A stretch of 64,000 nt of DNA. Source: Candidatus Limnocylindria bacterium. Lineage in GTDB: Bacteria; Chloroflexota; Limnocylindria; P2-11E. This document shows, in pieces, positions 47,579 through 55,482 of this stretch (its first letter is position 1; each line of letters starts with the position of its first letter). The notes below the pieces were generated by a model. It ran no database searches. It saw only the letters and a program-made list of their open reading frames with translations, and was not told where the DNA came from. The stretch covers positions 35,852-99,851 of the forward strand of contig DASYTL010000020.1 in NCBI GenBank assembly GCA_036002305.1. Direction: 5' to 3'. Both the position numbers and the translations under genes were made by a program.

Positions 47579-47596
47579 CTAATGCAATTGCATTAG
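47579..47596. promoter_or_regulatory. 18-bp perfect AT-rich palindrome CTAATGCAATTGCATTAG in the divergent intergenic region; candidate operator
   Basis: Read directly; it is self-complementary. It lies 92 nt from the PstS-like start (47487) and 54 nt from the kinase start (47650). A direct repeat TCTATC-CC-TCTATC lies nearby at 47531-47544. Confidence 0.5.
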
Positions 47597-47649
47597 CCGA
47601 CACCGAAAGTGAACCAAAACCGTCCGCCCGCGCGCAATACTCTCGGCCG

Positions 47650-48729
47650 GTGAGCGAAAGAGACGCGACGCTGCGGCGGCAGATCCTGCCCGCGACCCGT
47701 CTTGCCGATGTCGACGTCCGCGGCCACCGCCAGGTCCTTCCGCTCACCCTGGCCGCCGCTGTAGGTATCGCCGCCGTCTGGCTCGTGGACATCTCCACCG
47801 GACCCGAATTCGGCTTCGCGATCTTCTATCTCATCCCGATCGGGCTGGCGAGCTGGTGGCTCGGCCGGGCCCCGGCGGTATTCATCGCTCTCCTCTCGAC
47901 CATCGCCTGGATCTGGGCGGATCTGATCGCCCGGGCGGCCGTGTCCTTCTCGGCAAGCCTCTGGAACGGTCTCACGCGCGCGGCCATCTTCATCCTGCTC
48001 GCCCTCCTCATCGACCAGGTGCGTCGCGAAAGGATCGCCCTCCGCAGCGTCGACGCCCACCGGGAGGAGTCGCTGGCGCTTATCGCGCACACCTTGCGGC
48101 GATCCGCTGGCGAGATCGAGTCCGCGATCCCGGATCTCACGAGGGCGCCCGCGCTCTCCGCCGCGGAGCGTAGCGCCATCGACGAGCTGCGCCGGCAGAA
48201 CCGCAACTTCAAACGGTTCGCCGATGACGTGCTCGAGGTCGGCCAGCTCGAAGCGGGCCGCTTCCGCCTGAATCGCGGGCGATTCGACCTCGCGGAATTC
48301 GTCGCGGTGCTCGCGAAGGAGACCGAACGGGATCGCCTGCAGCTCGTCGCGGAATCCGATCCGGTGTGGGTCGATGCCGATCCCGAGCGTCTGCGAACCG
48401 CGATCGAGCACCTCCTCAACAACGCGCTCCGATTCTCTCCTCCGGGCTCCGCGGTACACGTGACGGTCGGCCACCGCGGAGGTCGTGCCCGCATCACGGT
48501 GAAGGATCAGGGCGTCGGGCTCGCGAAGTCGCACCTCGGAGTGATCTTCAAGAGATACGGGCGGGTGGACACGGAGGCGACCAGGGACAAGATCGGCGTC
48601 GGCCTCGGCCTCTACGTGACGCGTCTCATCGTCGAAGCGCACGCCGGAACGGTCTCGGCGAGCAGCGTCGGACTTGGCCTCGGATCGACGTTCACCATCG
48701 AGCTTCCGCTGGCGTCGTCACAGCCCTGA
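47650..48729 (+). CDS. membrane histidine kinase (DUF4118-like TM sensor plus HisKA plus HATPase)
   Basis: Track ORF 47287..48729, trimmed to GTG at 47650. TM region FAIFYLIPIGLASWWLG (KdpD-type DUF4118-like). Unusual H-box LALIAHTLRRSAGEI. LLNNALRFSP, DQGVGL, GVGLGLYV. Confidence 0.85.
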   Translation: MSERDATLRRQILPATRLADVDVRGHRQVLPLTLAAAVGIAAVWLVDISTGPEFGFAIFYLIPIGLASWWLGRAPAVFIALLSTIAWIWADLIARAAVSFSASLWNGLTRAAIFILLALLIDQVRRERIALRSVDAHREESLALIAHTLRRSAGEIESAIPDLTRAPALSAAERSAIDELRRQNRNFKRFADDVLEVGQLEAGRFRLNRGRFDLAEFVAVLAKETERDRLQLVAESDPVWVDADPERLRTAIEHLLNNALRFSPPGSAVHVTVGHRGGRARITVKDQGVGLAKSHLGVIFKRYGRVDTEATRDKIGVGLGLYVTRLIVEAHAGTVSASSVGLGLGSTFTIELPLASSQP

Positions 48730-48751
48730 ACCGCGTCCGATAGCCACGCCG

Positions 48752-49120
48752 ATGGCGAAGATCCTCGTGGTCGAGGACGAGCCCAACAACCTCGAGCTGG
48801 CGCTCCGCATCGTGCGGCACGCCGGGCACGAGGCCATCGTGGCGACGAACGGGTTCGCGGCGCTCGAGCTCGCGCGGGAGCACCGCCCGGATCTGGTCCT
48901 GCTCGACCTTCAGCTCCCGAAGCTCGATGGTTGGACCGTGGTCCGCCTGCTCCGCAAGGAGCAGTGGGCCACCGGTGTGCCGATCATCGCTGTCTCCGCG
49001 TCGGCGAGCCCGGGCGACGAGTCGAAGGCGCTCGAAGCCGGGTGCACGGAGTTCCTCTCGAAGCCTTACTACCCGGCGACCATGCGCGAGCTCCTGCTCC
49101 GTTACCTGCCGGCTCCCTGA
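48752..49120 (+). CDS. single-domain response regulator
   Basis: Track ORF 48674..49120, trimmed to ATG at 48752. 122 aa. ILVVEDE, PDLVLLDLQLPKLDG, FLSKPY. Roughly 55-60 percent identical by hand alignment to REC1 of the hybrid kinase at 42746..44293. Confidence 0.9.
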   Translation: MAKILVVEDEPNNLELALRIVRHAGHEAIVATNGFAALELAREHRPDLVLLDLQLPKLDGWTVVRLLRKEQWATGVPIIAVSASASPGDESKALEAGCTEFLSKPYYPATMRELLLRYLPAP

Positions 49121-49146
49121 GGAAAAAGAAGAAGGAGAAGCGTCGC

Positions 49147-49181
49147 GGCACGGCTCGAATGCCCCTCAGCCCATTTGTGCC
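49147..49181 (-). terminator. possible terminator of the DUF2277 gene (imperfect hairpin plus T-rich tract)
   Basis: GGCAC...GTGCC outer stem with inner GGCT/AGCC pairs. On the minus strand it is followed by CTTCTCCTTCTTCTTTTTCC (49120-49141). Confidence 0.3.
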
Positions 49182-49281
49182 CCGGACGCCTCTCCTTTAG
49201 AAGAGCGCAGGGGGCAGTGTCGGGGGCCGCGAGGAAGGCGTAAATCGGCCCGCTGGTGGAGACCCTCCTAGGGCACTTGGA

Positions 49282-49521
49282 CTAGACCCGAGCGCGCGAG
49301 TTGGGGTGCGCCGTGCTGTTCTGAGCGCTCTCGATAGCCTCGAGCAGGCGCCGAGAAGCCCGGCCCACCTCGCTGACGGCGGCGTCGAAGGCTTCGCTGT
49401 TCCGCCTGGACGGCGCCCTGAACCCCGAGACCTTGCGCACGTACTGAAGCGCGGCGGCGGCGATCTCCTCCTCGGAGGCTCGCCCCTCGGCGCGGCGTAG
49501 CGTCTTGATGCTTCGGCACAT
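49282..49521 (-). CDS. DUF2277 family protein
   Basis: 79 aa. MCRSIKTLRR...EEEIAAAALQYVRKVSGFRAPSRRNSEAFDAAV matches the DUF2277 consensus as I recall it. Confidence 0.8.
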   Translation of the reverse strand: MCRSIKTLRRAEGRASEEEIAAAALQYVRKVSGFRAPSRRNSEAFDAAVSEVGRASRRLLEAIESAQNSTAHPNSRARV

Positions 49522-49562
49522 GAAGACACCCTAGCCTTTCTCGGCAAACCTCGGCAGCCGCG

Positions 49563-50234
49563 TTGACTCGGGAGGGTCCGCGCGCCAGCGTGACGAGCGT
49601 GATGGCGGCGCTCCTCTCGGCCATCGTGAGCGCGATTTTCGCGGTCGTCATGGGGCTCCGGTACCTGCGCCGGCACCGCCCGCATCAGCTCACGTGGACG
49701 ATCGGCCTCGCGATGTTCGCCGCGGCCGCGATCGCGGGCATGCTCGCGCGGGCCGGCGGCGCGACGGAGGCGGAGTACCGGATCTTCTATCTCTTCGGCG
49801 CGATCCTGAACGTCGCCTGGCTGGCGCTCGGCACGCTCTTCCTGCTCGCGCCCCGCGTCGCGCGCTGGGCACTCCTGGGCGTGCTCGCCCTCAGCGCCGT
49901 CGCCGTCGTCGCCGTCTTCACGAGCCCGGTCAACATCAACGCCGCGGTCGACACCGGCCGTGGATTCGAGCAAGCTCCGCTGCCGCGGATCTTGGCCGGC
50001 GTCGGGAGCGGCCTCGGAAGCCTGGTGCTCATCGGCGGCGCGATCTGGTCGGCGTGGCTGTTCCTGCGCCGAAGGCATGACGGTCGCCGAGCGCTCGGCA
50101 ACGTCATCATCGCCCTGGGGGTGTTCGTCGCGGCCGCGGGCGGGACCGCCGCCTTCACCGGGGCGAGCGGCATCGTCGAGTGGACGAACTTCGCCGGGGT
50201 CACGCTCATCTTCATCGGGTTCCTGCTCGTGTAG
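49563..50234 (+). CDS. integral membrane protein, unknown function
   Basis: 223 aa, about 6 TM. The start is uncertain (TTG 49563, GTG 49590, ATG 49602). Confidence 0.6.
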   Translation: MTREGPRASVTSVMAALLSAIVSAIFAVVMGLRYLRRHRPHQLTWTIGLAMFAAAAIAGMLARAGGATEAEYRIFYLFGAILNVAWLALGTLFLLAPRVARWALLGVLALSAVAVVAVFTSPVNINAAVDTGRGFEQAPLPRILAGVGSGLGSLVLIGGAIWSAWLFLRRRHDGRRALGNVIIALGVFVAAAGGTAAFTGASGIVEWTNFAGVTLIFIGFLLV

Positions 50235-50266
50235 CGCCGTCCGGCAAGCCCTGCGAGCATGCTCGG

Positions 50267-51250
50267 GTGCTCGTCCTCTCGCGGTCGGACGTGGAACGTC
50301 TTCTCGATCCCGACCTCCTGCGTGCCGGCGTCGCGCGGGCGATGGCCGACCTCTCCGCCGGGCGCGCATCCATGCCCGCGCGGATCGCGGCGAACGTCCC
50401 CGAGCACGATGGTCTCCTCGCCGCGATGCCCGCGTACCTGCCGTCGTCGGCCGCCCTCACGACGAAGCTCGTCTCGCTCTTCCCACGGAACACCGACCGC
50501 CCGACGCATCAGGCCGTGATCCTCGTCTTCGACGCGAAGCACGGGACTCCGGTCGCGCTCATGGACGGCGAGGCGATCACCGCCGCGCGAACGGCCGCGG
50601 CCTCGGCGCTCGCGACGGACCTCCTGGCCCGGCGCGACGCGAGCGTGCTCGCGATCGTCGGGACCGGAGTGCAGGCGCGGTCGCACCTGCGCGCGGTCCC
50701 GCGCGTGCGCGATTTCCGTGAGGTCCGGATCGCGGGTCGCCACGCCGAGAACGCCGCGGCGCTCCTGGCGGAAGCCCGCGAGTGGCTACCGCGAGCGAAC
50801 GTCCGCGTCGCCGACTCGTACGCGCAGGCGGAGGACGGCGCCGACGTGATCTGCGCCGCGACGCACTCGCCCGAGCCGGTGGTGCGCCGCGAATGGATCG
50901 CGCCCGGCACTCACGTCACGTCGGTCGGCTACAACACCGCCGGCCGCGAGGTCGACGCCGCGACGTTTCGCGACGCCCTTCTGGTCGTCGAGTCGCGCGC
51001 CGCGGCGCTCGCGCCTCCGCCCGCGGGATCGAACGACATCGCGATGGCGATCGCGGAAGGAGCGATCACCCGCGAGCACGTGCACGCCGAGCTCGGCGAG
51101 CTCGTCGCCGGCACACGACCGGGGCGCGCGACCGCGGAGCAGATCACTCTCTACAAGTCGGTCGGGGTCGCCGTGCAGGACGCGGCGGCTGCGGCGATGG
51201 TGCTCGAGGCGGCGCTGCGCGCGCGAGCCGGCCGCGAGGTGGAAATCTAG
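50267..51250 (+). CDS. ornithine cyclodeaminase / mu-crystallin family oxidoreductase (candidate delta1-pyrroline-2-carboxylate reductase)
   Basis: Track ORF 50180..51250, trimmed to GTG at 50267. 327 aa. VLSRSDVERLL, KLVSLFPRN, GEAITAARTAAASALAT, Rossmann LAIVGTGVQARSHL. Confidence 0.85.
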   Translation: MLVLSRSDVERLLDPDLLRAGVARAMADLSAGRASMPARIAANVPEHDGLLAAMPAYLPSSAALTTKLVSLFPRNTDRPTHQAVILVFDAKHGTPVALMDGEAITAARTAAASALATDLLARRDASVLAIVGTGVQARSHLRAVPRVRDFREVRIAGRHAENAAALLAEAREWLPRANVRVADSYAQAEDGADVICAATHSPEPVVRREWIAPGTHVTSVGYNTAGREVDAATFRDALLVVESRAAALAPPPAGSNDIAMAIAEGAITREHVHAELGELVAGTRPGRATAEQITLYKSVGVAVQDAAAAAMVLEAALRARAGREVEI

Positions 51251-51312
51251 ATCAGTCTCCCGGCCGGGCCGGGGGATACGCTCAAGGCTGGTGGACTCGG
51301 TCGGGATCGAAT

Positions 51313-52143
51313 CTAAGAGACGGCGATCCTGGGGCCTCGGCCGAGACGGCACCCGGTGTCGAGGAGGACGCTCGAGACCCACTCGTCTCCGACCCTCGTC
51401 TCCACCCGGTACGGCGACGGCTGGCCGGCGTCGAGCGCGGCGACGACCTCGTCGGAGATGCCGAGGACGACCCACGCGACCGCGGTCGGCTCGCCCTCGA
51501 TGATCCGCGCGTGCCCCTTCTGCCCGGACGCGAGCGGGATGCACTTGCGCGTCTCGACGACGTTGTCCTTGCGGTCGAGAAGCCGGACGGACGCCGGGAC
51601 GAGCTCGGCCGTCCCACCCTCGAGCTGCAGCCAGTGGCGATCGCCGTCGTCATGGATGCAGAAGCGGAACGGGACCTTCGGCAGGAGGCGCGGCGCGGGA
51701 AGCGGTGCGGTCCCGGGGACGGCCGGTACGAGCGCGCGAACCGCGACGACGATCTTCTCGGCGGCTTCGTGCAGCGAGGCGTGGCCGCCGAGCGCCTTCG
51801 CGCCGTATGCGAGCTCCAGCGTCGCGCGGGCGATGTCGCCGATCGGGAGCATGAATTCGATGTAGCGGGCGTACTCGCTCGCCGCGCCGTCGAGGTCGCC
51901 GGCGTTCGCGAGCATCGCCGCGAGGCGGCGGTGCGCGCCAAGGTCGGTCGGAGAAATCGCCACGGCGGACCACATGAGCGCGAGGGCCGCGACGCGGTTG
52001 CCGGCCTGCGTGAGCATCGCCGCGCCGTCCTTGAGCGAGTCGAGGTCGGACCGGCTCTTCTCGATCTCAGCCAGATCCGTGGGGTCGGCCGAACCGGCGG
52101 GATCGTCGCCGTCTACGGGACGCAGGCCCAGATCGTCGCTCAT
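51313..52143 (-). CDS. hypothetical protein with helical-repeat N-domain paralogous to ORF 1153..2634
   Basis: 276 aa. NRVAALALMWSAVAISPTDLGAHRRLAAMLANAGDLDGAASEYARYIEFML...LELAYGAKALGG. The C-terminal half is beta-rich (FRFCIHDDGDRHWLQLEGG). Confidence 0.6.
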   Translation of the reverse strand: MSDDLGLRPVDGDDPAGSADPTDLAEIEKSRSDLDSLKDGAAMLTQAGNRVAALALMWSAVAISPTDLGAHRRLAAMLANAGDLDGAASEYARYIEFMLPIGDIARATLELAYGAKALGGHASLHEAAEKIVVAVRALVPAVPGTAPLPAPRLLPKVPFRFCIHDDGDRHWLQLEGGTAELVPASVRLLDRKDNVVETRKCIPLASGQKGHARIIEGEPTAVAWVVLGISDEVVAALDAGQPSPYRVETRVGDEWVSSVLLDTGCRLGRGPRIAVS

Positions 52144-52234
52144 CCGAAACAGTGTTGACCAAGCGTCAATTCGCCGCGTTGACTACTCCAGGCTGCGGCC
52201 CCCACCCGGGTGACCACGGGTATCGTCGGCGGGC

Positions 52235-53272
52235 ATGCCGCTCGAGGGTGGCCGCGCGTCCCGCTGGCAGCCTCCATCGTCGTGGCGGCGCATCCGGACC
52301 GTCGAGTCCCACGCGGCGGGCGAGCCGCTGCGCGTGATCGTCGAGGGGCTCGACCCGATCCCGGGCTCGACGATCCCCGAGAAGCGCCGCTTCGCCCGCG
52401 AGCGCCTCGACGGGCTCCGGCGCGCGCTGCTGTTCGAGCCGCGCGGCCATGCCGACATGTACGGGGCCATCCCGACGGAGCCGGTCGCGCCGGACGGCGA
52501 CCTGGGCGTCCTGTTCCTGCACAACGAGGGCTGGAGCACGATGTGCGGACACGGCGTGATCGCGCTCGTGACGGTCGCGCTCGAGACCGGGCTCCTGGCA
52601 CCGCGCGAGGTCGTGCGCATCGATACGCCCGCCGGCCGCGTGACGGCGCGCGCGCGGCGCGAGGGGTCGCGGGTGCGAAGCGTGGCGTTCGAGAACGTGC
52701 CCTCGTTCGTGGAATCCCTGGACGAGAGCGTGGACGTACCTGGCATCGGCCGCGTGCGCTACGACCTGGCGTTCGGCGGCGCCTTCTACGCGTTCGTCGA
52801 CGCCGCCAGCGTCGGCCTCGAGATGACCCCGGAGCGGTTCCGCGACCTGATCGCGGCCGGGACGGCCATCAAGCGGGCGGTGACGGCGTCGCGCGAGGTC
52901 CGCCATCCGCTGGAGCCCGACCTCTCGTTCCTGTACGGGACGATCTTCACCGGCCCCGCCCTCACGCCCGGAGCGCAGTCGCGGAACGTGTGTGTCTTCG
53001 CCGAGGGCGAGGTCGATCGGTCTCCGACCGGGACCGGCGTCTCGGCGCGCGTCGCGATCGAGCGCTCACGGGGGCGGCTTGTCACCGGGTCGCCTTTCGT
53101 CGTCGAGAGCATCATCGGCACACGCTTTGTGGGAAGGATCGCGCGCGAGCTCGAGTGGGAGGGGTACGACGCCGTCGTGCCGGAGGTCGAGGGGAGCGCC
53201 TGGATCACCGGCCGGAGCGAGCTCGTTTTCGCGCCGGACGACCCTCAGGGGGAGGGGTTCATCCTGCGCTGA
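52235..53272 (+). CDS. proline racemase superfamily enzyme, Cys/Thr type (predicted trans-3-hydroxy-L-proline dehydratase)
   Basis: 345 aa. ESHAAGEPLRV. First catalytic position STMCGHG (Cys104, 52544-52546). Second position DRSPTGTG with Thr265 (ACC at 53027-53029) instead of Cys. Confidence 0.85.
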   Translation: MPLEGGRASRWQPPSSWRRIRTVESHAAGEPLRVIVEGLDPIPGSTIPEKRRFARERLDGLRRALLFEPRGHADMYGAIPTEPVAPDGDLGVLFLHNEGWSTMCGHGVIALVTVALETGLLAPREVVRIDTPAGRVTARARREGSRVRSVAFENVPSFVESLDESVDVPGIGRVRYDLAFGGAFYAFVDAASVGLEMTPERFRDLIAAGTAIKRAVTASREVRHPLEPDLSFLYGTIFTGPALTPGAQSRNVCVFAEGEVDRSPTGTGVSARVAIERSRGRLVTGSPFVVESIIGTRFVGRIARELEWEGYDAVVPEVEGSAWITGRSELVFAPDDPQGEGFILR

Positions 53273-53277
53273 CCCGC

Positions 53278-54048
53278 TCAGCCGAGCTTCACCGCCAGCA
53301 TCGAGACGCCGCCGTTCAGTCCCTCGGTCGGGAACGTCACGGCGTCGCCCTCGCGCCGCGCGCCCATCGTGTAGAGAAGCGGGTAGTAATGGTCGGGGGT
53401 CGGAACGCAGAGCATGGCGTCCTGGCCCAGCGCGTCGTAGTGGACGAGCTGCTCGGCGTCGCCTAGGGCGGCGAGCGCCCGCACCTTCTCGTCGAAGCGG
53501 TGCGCCCAGTCGTATTCGGGCGCCTGATCGCCGAATCCGGCGCGCAGGTTGTGCACCACGTTGCCGCTCCCGAGGAGGAGCACGCCCTTGTCGCGCAGCG
53601 ACGCGAGCCGTTCGCCGAGCGCGCGATGCGTCTCAGGCGGCGCGGTCCCGTCGATGCTGAGCTGGACCACGGGGATGTCCGCCTCCGGGAACATCCGCAC
53701 GAGCACCGACCACGTGCCGTGGTCGAGCCCCCAGTAGCTGTCGAGGACGACCGGAGTGGGCGCGAGGATCTCGGTGAGGTCCTTGGCGAGCTCGGGATCG
53801 CCCGGCGCCGGGTACCGCATCTCGAACAGCGCGCGCGGGAACCCGCCGAAGTCGTGGATGGTGCGCGGCGTGGACACGGCGGTGACGCCGGTGCCGTCCG
53901 TGTACCAGTGCGCCGAGATCGCCACGATCGCGCGCGGCCGGGGGAGCGATCGGCCCAGAGCTTTCCAGTCCTCGGTCCACGTGTTCGTGACGAGCGCGTT
54001 CATCGGGCTGCCGTGCCCGACGAAGAGCGCGGGCATGGGTTCGGTCAT
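53278..54048 (-). CDS. ygiD: 4,5-DOPA dioxygenase extradiol-like (YgiD / LigB class III extradiol dioxygenase)
   Basis: The last 256 aa of the 1243-aa track ORF 53278..57009, from ATG 54048. PALFVGHGSPMNA, AISAHW, IHDFGGFP, LDHGTWSVL, GSGNVVHNL. Confidence 0.85.
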   Translation of the reverse strand: MTEPMPALFVGHGSPMNALVTNTWTEDWKALGRSLPRPRAIVAISAHWYTDGTGVTAVSTPRTIHDFGGFPRALFEMRYPAPGDPELAKDLTEILAPTPVVLDSYWGLDHGTWSVLVRMFPEADIPVVQLSIDGTAPPETHRALGERLASLRDKGVLLLGSGNVVHNLRAGFGDQAPEYDWAHRFDEKVRALAALGDAEQLVHYDALGQDAMLCVPTPDHYYPLLYTMGARREGDAVTFPTEGLNGGVSMLAVKLG

Positions 54049-54132
54049 CGCGCCTTCGTCTGCGATGGGACGAACCTCCTCCCGCGTTTGGTGACGGTCG
54101 TCGAACGCCCGCCGCCGAGCGATTATTCCCGG

Positions 54133-55071
54133 ATGCGCGTGTTCCTGACCGGGGCGGCGGGCTTCGTCATGGGCGCGGTCGCCCGCCGGCTGCAGGCGCG
54201 TGGCGACGTGGTCGTGGCGCTCGTGCGGTCGCGCGCCCGCGGCGCCGAGCTCGCCGCTCTCGGGTGCGAGCTCGTCGAGGGCGACGTGGTCGAGCCGAGC
54301 GAGGCCGTGCTCGATGCGATCCGGGGCTGCGACACACTGATCCACGGCGCGGCGATCTACGAGATCGGCGTGAACGCGGCTCGCGCGCGCCTGCTGGAGG
54401 CGACGAACGTGACCGGCACCCGGCGCATGCTCGAGGCCGCGCGTGCCGCCGGCGTCCGGCGCGTCGTGTACGTCTCGACCATCGCCGCGTTCGGCAATAC
54501 CAAACGCGCGATCGTCACCGAAGGCCATCGCCCGACCATGCCGCCGACCTCCGCGTACGAGGACACGAAGCGGCGCGCGCACGAGATCGCCCTGGAGTTC
54601 GCGTGGAGCGGGCTGCCCATCGTCGTCGTTCAGCCCGGCCAGGTCTACGGACCGCGGGACCACTCCGAGATCGGCGCGAATCTGCGGGCTCTCGCCGAGG
54701 GGCGGCTGCGCTACCTGGCGCTGGGCGGCGTCGGCTTGAACTTCGTCCACGTTGACGATCTGGCCGACGGCATCGTCCGCGCGCTCGACCGCGGCCGGGT
54801 CGGCGAGTGCTACATCCTCGGCGGGGAGATCGCGACGCTCGCTGACGCATATCGCGCGGTGGCGCGGGTCACCGGACGCAAGCTCCCCGCGCTGGTGATC
54901 CCCGACGCGCTGCTGCGCCTCGCCGGCAGGCTCCTGCCCGCCATGCGTGAGGTCGTCTCGTCGGCTGACGGCGTCACTTTCTGGGCCAGCGACGACAAGG
55001 CGCGGGCTGAATTGGGAACGAGTCCGCGCGGGCTGGCCGATGGCATGCGCGACACCTTCCGGCCCGGGTGA
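54133..55071 (+). CDS. NAD(P)-dependent epimerase/dehydratase (extended SDR) family protein
   Basis: Track ORF 53500..55071, trimmed to ATG at 54133. 312 aa. MRVFLTGAAGFVMGAV (GxxGxxG); YEDTKRRAH (YxxxK). Confidence 0.85.
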   Translation: MRVFLTGAAGFVMGAVARRLQARGDVVVALVRSRARGAELAALGCELVEGDVVEPSEAVLDAIRGCDTLIHGAAIYEIGVNAARARLLEATNVTGTRRMLEAARAAGVRRVVYVSTIAAFGNTKRAIVTEGHRPTMPPTSAYEDTKRRAHEIALEFAWSGLPIVVVQPGQVYGPRDHSEIGANLRALAEGRLRYLALGGVGLNFVHVDDLADGIVRALDRGRVGECYILGGEIATLADAYRAVARVTGRKLPALVIPDALLRLAGRLLPAMREVVSSADGVTFWASDDKARAELGTSPRGLADGMRDTFRPG

Positions 55072-55079
55072 CCTTCGGC

Positions 55080-55304
55080 CTACTCGGTCCTTCTCGGCGG
55101 CGCGGGCCGACGGGACATGCGCGGAAGGGCGCCCCCGGACGAGTACTCGGTCTTGGGCGGGGGATGCCGGTAGTCGTGCTCCGCGATCTCGTGCGCGGTA
55201 CGCCGTGCGCTCGCTTCGAGCAGCGAGGGGTACGAGTCGCTCTTCTCGACCGCGAACCGCATATCGCAGCTGCCGTATCGACAGGGGAACCCACCGTAAC
55301 GCAC
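55080..55304 (-). CDS. small hypothetical protein
   Basis: 74-aa track ORF, or 60 aa from the internal ATG (MRFAVEKSDSYPSLLEASARRTAHEIAEHDYRH...). High GC3. No family recognised. Confidence 0.3.
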   Translation of the reverse strand: MRYGGFPCRYGSCDMRFAVEKSDSYPSLLEASARRTAHEIAEHDYRHPPPKTEYSSGGALPRMSRRPAPPRRTE

Positions 55305-55482
55305 GCACGAACACGATAGGCCTCTCCCTCGGATCGCACCAGGGTCCCCGGTGTCGGACCAGCGTCGCGTGAGCCGCCCCGGACGATGGGGCAGGTCGGC
55401 GCGCCACGGACCGATCCCGCACCGCTACACGCGCCGCCCGCGGGCATACTCTTCGAGGAGCAGCGAAGGGGAGGGACACGTG

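Noticed and set aside
51259-51273. Small GC hairpin after the OCD-family gene as a terminator
   Set aside because: It has only a 6-bp stem and a 3-nt loop, with no T-tract on either strand. That is too weak to report as a feature.
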